A stretch of DNA of 24,000 nucleotides from Mycobacterium phage Rope. Both the position numbers and the translations under genes were made by a program. The first letter of the stretch is position 1. Each line of letters starts with the position of its first letter. Below are positions 6,137 to 14,099 of the stretch, piece by piece. The stretch is taken from the sequence record MT684602.1, one strand, 5' to 3'. The notes below the pieces were generated by a model that was given only the letters and a program-made list of their open reading frames with translations, did not search any database and was not told the origin of the DNA.

Positions 6137-7897
6137 GTGCCACAATCAGACCTCGGAGTTGCCCTTCACAGTAGGCCGTTCCAGCTGGCAGGCGCACGAT
6201 TTGCCATGCGACACAAGAACGTACTGATTGCCGATGAACCTGGACTCGGTAAGACCATCCAGGCCATTGCAGCTGTAACAGGTAACAAGACTACGGGTTC
6301 CGTGCTGATTGTGGCACCCAAAACCGCTGCGTACGTAACATGGCCAGCTGAGCTACGGCGCTGGTTACACGACCTTGCACCAGATGACCCTGTGCGTATC
6401 ATCACCGGCAATGCAGACAAGCGTACTCGCATAGCGTTGCTACGAGATACGATCAAGTGGGAGACCTCCAGCCAGCGCGCGGGCCAACGCCAGTGGGTTA
6501 TCGTATCTCCCAACTACTTACGCTTCAAGATTGAGTGCGATGACAAGGGGCGCTACGTCTACGACGGCAAGGGCAACAAGATCATTACCCCGGTACGTGA
6601 GGCCCTGAAGCCTCTGCTGTACATACAGTGGGCTGCCGTGATTGTTGATGAGGCCCACGAAACCCTAGCTGGTGCTACGGGAAACTTGAAGAAGCAAAGT
6701 GCTCAGAGCAGAGGCCTACGTCTGCTTGACATTCGTGGCGACGGCATGCGACTTGCGTTGTCTGGCACGCCCTTTCGTGGCAAACACGAGAACATCTGGG
6801 GCATCCTCAACTGGATTGACCCTGTGGAGTACAACGCCAATAGTGGCCCTAACTCTTACTGGAAGTGGGTCTACAGGTACTTCCAGGTCTACCACGACGA
6901 CGTATTCGATACGGACGTTATCGGAAAGCTGCGCAGTGAACGCGACTTGCGAGCTGCATTAAAACCGTACATGATTCGGCGCACCAAGAAGAAAGTGCTA
7001 CCGGAGCTACCGGATAAGCAATACGGCGGCACACCGCTGTACCCAAAGAAGAAGCCTCCCAAAGAGCTACTGGACGCCGTAGCCCGCGCTGCGGAGGAGC
7101 AGAAGGCCAATCCCAAGGCAAGGCTAGGTTACCGGAAGGCACAAGCCAAGCTGGCTGGGTGGTACGACAAGAACAACCCCGTTGCAGTATGGCTTCCGAT
7201 GGACGGCAAGCAACGTACAGCCTACAACCAGATGAAGACCCAGGCCATGGCCAACATCGAAGGTGGTACGCTGCTAGCCAATTCGTTGTTGGCTGAGATG
7301 ACAAGGCTTAAGCAGTTTGCGAATAGCTATGGGAGACTAGATGAACAGGGCAATTACCACCCTGATATGCCCTCGAACAAATTCGACTGGATACTCCAGT
7401 TCCTTAATGAGAGAGGCATTTACGGCCCAGACCCAAGCGGCAACAGGATCATCATTGCATCCCAGTTCACTAAGCACATCAACCTGTTTGCGCAAGTCTT
7501 GTTAGAACAGTACAAGATACCGAATTACAAGATCACCGGTGCCACCAGTGCAGATGAGAGACTACGGATTCAAGAGGAATTCCAGTCTGGGCAGACGCCG
7601 GCTGGTAAGCCGAGTCCGGAAGTGTTGCTACTGAATACGAAAGCTGGTGGCGTGGGCATCACCCTGGATGCTGCCGACGACATGATCGTGGTGGACAGTA
7701 CCCACAACGTGGATGATCAAGTGCAGCTAGAAGATCGGATTCACCGCATCTCCAGGATACATAGCGTTACTATCTGGAACCTTGTTACCAAGGGCACTAT
7801 CGACGAGAAGATCTTACGAGCCACCCGTAAGACGGGCCGTAGTCTTAAGCGTATCTTGGACACACCAGAGGCAGCTAAGGACTTGTTGGAGAGCTGA
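6137..7897 (+). CDS. SNF2-family / superfamily 2 DNA helicase-ATPase
   Basis: Walker A ADEPGLGKT, VDEAHE box, KLRLALSGTPFRG-like motif (RLALSGTPFRG), NTKAGGVGITLDAADDMIVVDSTHNVDDQVQLEDRIHRISR motifs V/VI. Confidence 0.9.
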   Translation: MPQSDLGVALHSRPFQLAGARFAMRHKNVLIADEPGLGKTIQAIAAVTGNKTTGSVLIVAPKTAAYVTWPAELRRWLHDLAPDDPVRIITGNADKRTRIALLRDTIKWETSSQRAGQRQWVIVSPNYLRFKIECDDKGRYVYDGKGNKIITPVREALKPLLYIQWAAVIVDEAHETLAGATGNLKKQSAQSRGLRLLDIRGDGMRLALSGTPFRGKHENIWGILNWIDPVEYNANSGPNSYWKWVYRYFQVYHDDVFDTDVIGKLRSERDLRAALKPYMIRRTKKKVLPELPDKQYGGTPLYPKKKPPKELLDAVARAAEEQKANPKARLGYRKAQAKLAGWYDKNNPVAVWLPMDGKQRTAYNQMKTQAMANIEGGTLLANSLLAEMTRLKQFANSYGRLDEQGNYHPDMPSNKFDWILQFLNERGIYGPDPSGNRIIIASQFTKHINLFAQVLLEQYKIPNYKITGATSADERLRIQEEFQSGQTPAGKPSPEVLLLNTKAGGVGITLDAADDMIVVDSTHNVDDQVQLEDRIHRISRIHSVTIWNLVTKGTIDEKILRATRKTGRSLKRILDTPEAAKDLLES

Positions 7898-7899
7898 GC

Positions 7900-8202
7900 A
7901 TGACGTGCTTCTTACTTACAGTAGGTTCTGGCCTCTTGGGCATCGTCGCAGGTAGTTGGGTCACGTGGCGTGTGAACGAGCGGCTCTTTAATCGTCTGCA
8001 GGCCCGTCGGGCCACCCTGGAGCTGATCAGGGAACTGGAAAACCGTAGAGTCGCAACGGAATCCGACCGTGAGCACCTTGTGCGGGCCAGGGCCGGAGCA
8101 CCAGCGCGTGTCAACGACGGGATGACTACTAAGCCAGGCACCCTCGCCCGGTACCTGCGTGATACAGCTGCTGCTAACAAATTCGCCCCGAAACGGGGTT
8201 GA
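7900..8202 (+). CDS. Small membrane-anchored hypothetical protein
   Basis: MTCFLLTVGSGLLGIVAGSWVTW N-terminal TM; the 3' end overlaps a TTGACA promoter candidate. Confidence 0.65.
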   Translation: MTCFLLTVGSGLLGIVAGSWVTWRVNERLFNRLQARRATLELIRELENRRVATESDREHLVRARAGAPARVNDGMTTKPGTLARYLRDTAAANKFAPKRG

Positions 8203-8227
8203 CAGGCCGCTGGCGGTGGTGTATCGT
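8199..8227 (+). promoter_or_regulatory. Sigma70-type promoter candidate
   Basis: TTGACA (8199-8204), exactly 17-nt spacer, TATCGT (8222-8227); ~57 nt upstream of ATG 8284. Confidence 0.65.
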
Positions 8228-8283
8228 TGTCGTCGTCAGGCCACCGGGGCATCCCGGAAGAACGAAAAGGGAAGAGACACAAC

Positions 8284-8733
8284 ATGACTGTTGAGACGAC
8301 CGAAAAGACGGGCCGTGGCGGCGCTCGTGGACCTCGTGTGTTCAAGGACACGCCGACTCCCCGCGACCGGGTGATCAGTGAGTCGTTGGCCGACAAGGTC
8401 AAAGAGCTCACCGGCAAGACCATTTCGCCGGAGGACTGCCGCGCCGTCAAGTTCAGTCTCTCTCGGTGGTACGAAGACCCTGCCACCAAGGAACTGCTGA
8501 ACGACATGGACGCTCAGCTCAAGAAGGCCAAGGCCAAGGAGAAGGCCGAGAAGGCCCGCAAGCTCCTGGAAGAGGCCCAGCGGGAGCTGGAAGACGCTGA
8601 GGAAGACGACGATTCGGACGACGCGTCGGACGAGGACACCCAGGCCGCTGCTGCGGACGAGGACGACGAGGACGACGAGGACTCGTTGTTCGACGACGAG
8701 GACGAGGACGACAAGGTCAGCGCGACCTTCTGA
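8284..8733 (+). CDS. Hypothetical protein with lysine-rich coiled segment and long acidic C-terminal tail
   Basis: ATG 8284 with AAGGGAAGAGAC upstream; track start 8227 overlaps the predicted -10. Tail EDAEEDDDSDDASDEDTQAAAADEDDEDDEDSLFDDEDEDDKVSATF. Confidence 0.75.
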   Translation: MTVETTEKTGRGGARGPRVFKDTPTPRDRVISESLADKVKELTGKTISPEDCRAVKFSLSRWYEDPATKELLNDMDAQLKKAKAKEKAEKARKLLEEAQRELEDAEEDDDSDDASDEDTQAAAADEDDEDDEDSLFDDEDEDDKVSATF

Positions 8734-9895
8734 TCCGGTCCTCTAGGGCAGCTACCGAATTGGGGATTAAGTAGCCCCACTACCATCCTCTGGTGAAGAA
8801 GATTGCACGGCCTCCCCGTACAGCCACGCAATGTCTCCCCAGTTCGGTAGCTCTAAAGGGTAGAGAGACATCGACACTCAGCACGTATTGAGTAGCCCCT
8901 CGGCAGGCTGAAAACGTCTGTCTCTCTACTCCTTAGGGCAGGACCTGCCCTCCAGTGACCGGGGTACGCACCAGCGAAGAGTCAAGTACAGTCCCTCCAA
9001 GCCTGGAAGACCCAGTAGCACAGAGCCTCTGCCCCGGTACACGGGAATTGTTCTTACACAGTTGAATATACTTCGAGCCTGATCGATAGGCAGTAGCAAT
9101 GCTGCTGAAAGGCCGGTTGATCCCCGGTCGCCTAGTAATCCTAGGTAACTCAGGCAATCCAGTACCTTCGCCCATCTGAACGGTGGTGGGACGCAGGCAA
9201 GCAGAGCGGGCCAGGCCGATACGGTGAGGCCAGTCGTGTACGCAGCGACTCAAACGCTAATAAGCTGCAAGCCTGATGGTTGGTACATGGGAGGGATACA
9301 TAGTGCGAGTAGGCATACAAGTGCGGTATCCATGGAGGTCCCAAGGCGTGGTTGGCGAATCACGTAGGGGCTGAAGAGCACAAGTAGCGGGCACGTGAAA
9401 GTGCGATGGCGTGGTGCATTCTGTGGCTCAAAAGGCGACGGAACACCTGGGGCAGCACGTCGTCAGATCGTATGGCCTGGTCTCCCTAAGGGACCACCAA
9501 AGCGCTCAGGCAAGAGCACTACCATTGGGAGGTAGCAACGGTGTAAAAGCCGTTTCCGGTTCGACTCCGGCAAAGCAAAAGTCTGTCCCCGCTAGCAACG
9601 AAAGTACCCTAATCCCTAGGGCTTACGCCAACTAGGGCACCGGAAGGCTCGCAAGGCCGACTGGTGTTGCTAGACAAAGTAGTGCAGGTAGGGGAGGCCA
9701 CCCCTGACCGAATCGAAACGTCAGTGAGTAGTTCGCTAGTGTAGGTAGTGGTTCCGCCAATCAAACGGGACCGGGTACGGTGGCTGCAAGTGGGAGCTTG
9801 CGGACAAGGAACTAACACATAAGGTTCTGAAAGGCCACTGGGATTAGGGCCAAGTCTACGCCCTTTCCACCCTAACAACAAGAGGATGGTAACTC
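8734..9895 (+). ncRNA. Candidate large structured noncoding RNA region (~1.16 kb), boundaries unresolved
   Basis: No ORF with RBS and protein-like composition. Helix A 8750-8766/8836-8852 (17 bp, one G-U) abuts helix B 8853-8870/8919-8936 (17 of 18 positions pair). Further hairpins at 8936-8950, 8958-8964/9032-9038, 9091-9107, 9111-9129, 9131-9145, 9294-9299/9326-9331, 9520-9536, and GCAAG-TGGGAG-CTTGC near 9800. Confidence 0.65.
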
Positions 9896-11065
9896 ATGGA
9901 TAACGTTCCGTTGCTACGCAACTCAGAGCGGCACGACTTCAAGCGATGCCCCTTGCGCTGGTGGTGGCGCTATGGCGAGCACCTCGTGCCTGTCAACTTC
10001 TCTACTGGCCCACTGGTTTTCGGAAGCCTTGGCCACCTTGCCCTAGCAGAGCACTACATTCCAGGCCGCAGGCGCGGAATCGACCCACGCGAGACCTGGG
10101 ACAAGATTACCCAAGAGCTATGGGACTCAGTCAAAGTCGAAAAGTTCGTCGACGACGAGATTGAGGGTACTTGGGAGGACGCCCGCGTGCTGGGCCACGA
10201 AATGCTCGGGCACTACCTGGAACACTACGGCAATGACGAGCACTGGGAAGTCCTGTGGACAGAAGACCAGTTCCACCAACGTATTCCACACCCTGACGAC
10301 CTACGCAAGCAGGCCAAGAGACCTCGCCCCATTGTGGAATACGTAGGGACCATAGACCTGATCGTTCGGAATCACATCACAGGTCTGATCGAGTACGTGG
10401 ACCACAAGTTCATGAAAACCATAGAGGTAGATCACCTTTACATTGACGACCAGAACGGTGGTTACCTTGCCATCGGCACACACGAGCTGCGAAAAAGGGG
10501 GTTGATTGGGCCTCGAGAGTCAGTTCGTGTGCTGGTCTACAACTTCCTGCGTAAGGCTAAGCCGGACCAAAGGCCCCGCAACGCTGATGGCAAGTACACC
10601 AACCTTCCTACCAAGGAAGACTACGTCAAAGCCATTCAGGCATACCTAGACCAACGTGGCAAAGGCGATATCGGAGACTACATCTCCTCGAGGGCCAAGA
10701 AAGAAGAGTACGAATCCCTTGCTAAGGGATTGAATTTGGTTGTGCTGGGTGAGGTCTCTAAGAGTCAGCCTGCCCCGTACTTCCACCGGGAGCGCATTGA
10801 GCGCACCAATGCCGAACGCAACGTACAGATCAAGCGCATCGGCCAAGAGGCTTTGGTTATGGAGCAGTTCAGGTCTCGCCGGCTGCCCATCTACAAGACA
10901 CCAACACGTGACTGCAAATGGGACTGTAGCTTTTTCGACCTCTGCCAGATCCACGAAAGCGGTGGAGACGTAGAGTTTGCCAAGAGCCACATGTTCCGCA
11001 AAGAAGACCCGTACCAAGAGTACTACTCTGGTGCAGAGTCACCGAAACTGTTGCGCGACAGGTAG
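9896..11065 (+). CDS. PD-(D/E)XK-superfamily (RecB/Cas4-like) exonuclease
   Basis: DFKRCPLRWWWRYGEHL, IVEYVGTIDLIVRNHITGLIEYVDHKFM catalytic-type motif, C-terminal CKWDCSFFDLC cysteines suggest an Fe-S cluster; RBS AGAGGATGG. Confidence 0.75.
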   Translation: MDNVPLLRNSERHDFKRCPLRWWWRYGEHLVPVNFSTGPLVFGSLGHLALAEHYIPGRRRGIDPRETWDKITQELWDSVKVEKFVDDEIEGTWEDARVLGHEMLGHYLEHYGNDEHWEVLWTEDQFHQRIPHPDDLRKQAKRPRPIVEYVGTIDLIVRNHITGLIEYVDHKFMKTIEVDHLYIDDQNGGYLAIGTHELRKRGLIGPRESVRVLVYNFLRKAKPDQRPRNADGKYTNLPTKEDYVKAIQAYLDQRGKGDIGDYISSRAKKEEYESLAKGLNLVVLGEVSKSQPAPYFHRERIERTNAERNVQIKRIGQEALVMEQFRSRRLPIYKTPTRDCKWDCSFFDLCQIHESGGDVEFAKSHMFRKEDPYQEYYSGAESPKLLRDR

Positions 11066-11079
11066 ATTCGTGGTACACT
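11051..11079 (+). promoter_or_regulatory. Weak promoter candidate for 11163 gene
   Basis: TTGCGC (11051-11056), 17-nt spacer, TACACT (11074-11079). Confidence 0.35.
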
Positions 11080-11099
11080 GTGGCCACGCTCGAGGACGT

Positions 11100-11145
11100 A
11101 CGAGTAACTCTTAGTAGCACATCGCAATTCGCCTCACGAGTAACT
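11100..11145 (+). repeat. 10-bp direct repeat ACGAGTAACT (11100-11109 and 11136-11145)
   Basis: Two exact copies 36 bp apart in the leader between promoter candidate and ATG 11163. Confidence 0.6.
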
Positions 11146-11162
11146 GAGTAAGGGAGACTATT

Positions 11163-11993
11163 ATGCCGACATGGGATGAAGCTGTACAGGATCCAGATAT
11201 CGTTGCGTTGGATGCCATTTCGCCGCACCCAAACTTCATGGTCTACGGGGCCTCTGGCTGTGGTAAGACGGTGCTGGGAGGCAGCGACGACAAGGTGCTG
11301 TTCCTCACGTGTGAGCCAGAGGGTTGCATCAGTGCAAAGCGCATGGGTAGCAATGCAAGACAGGTGATCATCCATCATTGGGACCAGCTGGAAGAGTGGT
11401 ACGACAAGCTATCCGAGTGGGCCGAGGACGGCACCGGCATCCCGTTCAACTGGATCGTGATCGATACCATTAGTGACGCACAGGGATTGTTGTTCGACAA
11501 GTTGCTGGATGAGAAGGGCCTGGACGTAGAGGACTGGCCCACCTACCGCAAGAACCAGAAGATACTGCTACGCTACGTCAAGAAGATGAACCAGCTGCCG
11601 GTCAACCTGCTCTGGTTGGCATGGGACCGTAAGGAAACCGATGCCGACGGTGAGGACTTCTTCTGCCCTGAGATTCACGGCAAGGGCTACTCCATTGCAA
11701 TGCAAGTGGCAGCACAGATGACCTCGTACGGTTACATGCAGGTTCGCACCGAGCGCAAGCAGGTGATGAAAGACGGTAAGGCAGTAGTCAATCCGAAGAC
11801 TAAGAAGCCACGCACAACGCTAGAGACACATCGCTATATATACTGGCAGGACATTCAAAGCTTGAGAGGCAAGGACCGAACGATGGCGCTGGCCCCGTTC
11901 ACAAAGGACTTGACTCTCAGAGACATTCGCCTGAAGGTTGAAAAGGCCTTTGCCGGCGAAGCTGAGAAAACCGATGAGAAAGTAGGGAACTGA
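11163..11993 (+). CDS. RecA-like P-loop ATPase, Sak4-type phage recombinase
   Basis: MVYGASGCGKTVLG Walker A, FNWIVIDTISDAQ Walker B, gene context next to nuclease and putative ssDNA-binding protein. Confidence 0.75.
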   Translation: MPTWDEAVQDPDIVALDAISPHPNFMVYGASGCGKTVLGGSDDKVLFLTCEPEGCISAKRMGSNARQVIIHHWDQLEEWYDKLSEWAEDGTGIPFNWIVIDTISDAQGLLFDKLLDEKGLDVEDWPTYRKNQKILLRYVKKMNQLPVNLLWLAWDRKETDADGEDFFCPEIHGKGYSIAMQVAAQMTSYGYMQVRTERKQVMKDGKAVVNPKTKKPRTTLETHRYIYWQDIQSLRGKDRTMALAPFTKDLTLRDIRLKVEKAFAGEAEKTDEKVGN

Positions 11994-12694
11994 TGCCCAA
12001 GGTGATGAAGCCGCCCACCGATTACGATGACTCGGCGACCAACACAGGCGGTGATTGGTACGATGGCCCGCCGCCAAAGCCGGGCCTGTACAAGGGCGTT
12101 GTGAAGAAGATGCTGCTGTCCAAGGTCACCCAAGGGGAGAAGAAGGGTGAGCAGCGAATCATGGTGATCTGTGAGATCTCTGAGGGCAAGTTCAAGGGAG
12201 CCGGTGTCTCTAAGTGGCTTCAGCTCACCCAGCAAGGCAGCCCGTGGGTCAACCAGTTCCTCCATGCCCTCACCGACGGCAGCGAAGCCCAGAAGGCCGC
12301 AATCCGCAAGGCTTTCAAGGAGATTGGCTTTGCCGTTGACGATGCAGATGCCAAGAAGCGCTACCCGATTGTCCGTATCGGCAAGAAGACCAACCCGATT
12401 GGCCGCCCAATCAGCTTCGTGACGAAAATGCGTACGGACGACCAGGGAGTCGAACGGGCCGAAATCAGCCGCTTCGTCACGCCTCGTGCTGCGGATGACG
12501 ATGAGGACGAGGACGATTCGGACGACATCTTGACGGCCGACGACGACACCGCAGAGGACGACGGCGACGAGGGCAACGCCGACGACACGTTCGGTGACAT
12601 GGACTCGGACGACGATGCAACCGATGGCGATTCGGAAGACGAAGAGCTGCCGGCTGATGACTCAGACGACGAGGGTGAGCCCTGGGAAGTCTGA
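11993..12694 (+). CDS. Putative ssDNA-binding-type protein (DUF669-like context) with long acidic tail
   Basis: Adjacent to Sak4-like ATPase; GLYKGVVKKMLLSKVTQGEKKGEQRIMVICEISEG...; ~70-residue Asp/Glu tail ending EGEPWEV. Confidence 0.5.
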   Translation: MPKVMKPPTDYDDSATNTGGDWYDGPPPKPGLYKGVVKKMLLSKVTQGEKKGEQRIMVICEISEGKFKGAGVSKWLQLTQQGSPWVNQFLHALTDGSEAQKAAIRKAFKEIGFAVDDADAKKRYPIVRIGKKTNPIGRPISFVTKMRTDDQGVERAEISRFVTPRAADDDEDEDDSDDILTADDDTAEDDGDEGNADDTFGDMDSDDDATDGDSEDEELPADDSDDEGEPWEV

Positions 12695-12702
12695 TCCCAT
12701 AC

Positions 12703-12759
12703 GGCGCTAGGGGAGTCGGGGCGGTAACTGACTCGTGGTAACTCGGCTCCCCTAGTGCC
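12703..12759 (+). other. Strong intergenic stem-loop
   Basis: GGCGCTAGGGGAG (12703-12715) pairs CTCCCCTAGTGCC (12747-12759), 13 bp with one G-U; loop contains GGTAACT twice. No T-run follows, so a plain intrinsic terminator is not favoured. Confidence 0.65.
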
Positions 12760-12786
12760 CCAATCCAATTGAACAAGGAATACAAC

Positions 12787-13722
12787 GTGATTTGGGTTAG
12801 CCTGCATACACATTCGACCTTTTCGTACGGGGACGGGTACGGGCCGGTGGGCGTTCACGTTGACAGAGTTGCAGACCTTGGCATGACCGCGCTGGCGCTC
12901 ACAGAGCACGGTAACTGCTCCAGTTGGGTCCAGCTCGAAAAGCATTGTAAGCGTAGGGAAATCAAGCCAATCTTTGGCCTGGAGGCCTACGTTGCCTCAG
13001 AGAACCAGCCACGCAAGTTCCACATGATCCTTCTCGCGAAAGACGATGAGGGACTACACAATCTGAACTGCATCATTACTGAGAGCTGGAAGACACTCGG
13101 GACTACTAGCAAATCTAAGTTTCCCACCGTTCACGCACCAGTACTGAGGAAGTACAATCGTGGCATCATTGCTCTGTCGGGCTGCGCGGACGGCCCCATC
13201 TCTTGCATCCTGTTGGGTGGAAAGTCATTGGGTGACAAACGATTGGAACCCAGAGACGGGGACATTCAACGAGCCAGGCGTGCAATTGAGAGGTTCCAGG
13301 CGATATTTGGCGACAGGTATTACCTTGAGACCCAGCGATTTTCTGGTCTCGCTCGCACTCGTGCTCTCAACCCGTGTTTCGAAGAACTTAGTAACACAAC
13401 GGGAGCACGAATGGCTGCTACTGCTGATGTGCATTACCCCTACCCGAATGACAATGAGATGCAGCGCATTTTGCACGCGGCTCATCGTCAAAGCACTGTT
13501 GAAGTTACTGATGCTAACTGGGAGTACGACATACTGCTCACGTACCCTGAAACCGATAGGGAGGTATACAGAGACCTTGTGGGAACGGGACTCAGCAAGA
13601 CGGGAGCCAAGGCCGCTGTGGAGGCCACGGCAGACATCGCAGAGCAGTGTGATGTAGAGCTGCCCAAGGCACCGCCACCGAAGTATGTACCGGGGGAAAG
13701 AGATTGGGAGCCATGGACGTAG
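12787..13722 (+). CDS. PHP-domain part of a split DNA polymerase III alpha subunit
   Basis: VIWVSLHTHSTFSYGDGYGPV, ALALTEHGN, KPIFGLEAYV match DnaE PHP motifs; GTG 12787 preceded by AAGGA. Confidence 0.8.
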   Translation: MIWVSLHTHSTFSYGDGYGPVGVHVDRVADLGMTALALTEHGNCSSWVQLEKHCKRREIKPIFGLEAYVASENQPRKFHMILLAKDDEGLHNLNCIITESWKTLGTTSKSKFPTVHAPVLRKYNRGIIALSGCADGPISCILLGGKSLGDKRLEPRDGDIQRARRAIERFQAIFGDRYYLETQRFSGLARTRALNPCFEELSNTTGARMAATADVHYPYPNDNEMQRILHAAHRQSTVEVTDANWEYDILLTYPETDREVYRDLVGTGLSKTGAKAAVEATADIAEQCDVELPKAPPPKYVPGERDWEPWT

Positions 13723-14099
13723 AGCGTGTGGACGCACACGAGGAGCTAGTTGAGAAAGTTAAACGGCTCCTAAGGCGTAGGGGCTGGGACATCCTGGTCA
13801 TTGCGAGGCTAGGTGGTTGGGTGGAGGCAGTGGACTTCTTTGCCTTCAAGCCAGATCGGGGGGTGGCAGGCATCATCTGCCACGTCAAAGAGGGGCAGGA
13901 CTACTGTCTGCGGGCCGCACAGGCTGAACGCTGTGTAGACTGGGACAGCCCGGCATACGTGGTCTATAGCAACGGGGCCACGATACCGGCCAGAGACCTA
14001 GCAGCACATGGGCGCAAAGAGCAGTACGCAGGCCACCACCCGTTCTACAGGTACATTGGGACCAATAGGGTGTACACGTTCAACGAGGTGTTCCGGTGA
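13713..14099 (+). CDS. Small protein encoded between the two polymerase halves; possible PD-(D/E)XK/VRR-Nuc-like nuclease
   Basis: ATG 13713 overlaps upstream stop; VEAVDFFAFKPDRGVAGIICHVKEG resembles a D-x(n)-xVK nuclease core (weak). Confidence 0.6.
   Translation: MDVERVDAHEELVEKVKRLLRRRGWDILVIARLGGWVEAVDFFAFKPDRGVAGIICHVKEGQDYCLRAAQAERCVDWDSPAYVVYSNGATIPARDLAAHGRKEQYAGHHPFYRYIGTNRVYTFNEVFR

Noticed and set aside
7875-8507. Long antisense ORF (210 aa), and similar ones at 12361-12945, 13225-13737 and 17711-18277
   Set aside because: Shadow ORFs opposite well-supported plus-strand genes; Ser/Pro/Arg-rich translations reflect antisense of acidic or GC-rich codons.
8715-8731. AAGGTC-AGCGC-GACCTT hairpin at the end of the 8284 gene as an intrinsic terminator
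   Set aside because: It lies within the last codons and is not followed by a T-run; it might still influence RNA processing but cannot be supported as a terminator.
9480-9600. Canonical tRNA-Pro(TGG) gene or tmRNA
   Set aside because: D-like, anticodon-like and T-like hairpins are visible, but no acceptor stem pairs across them, the D-loop is only 6 nt, and no tmRNA-type 5'/3' ends or tag ORF were recognised.
8933-9881. ORFs 8933-9253 (-), 9150-9344 (-), 9411-9635 (+), 9609-9881 (-) in the large gap
   Set aside because: No credible RBS, composition not protein-like, and they cut across predicted helices. Kept as an explicit alternative to the ncRNA hypothesis.
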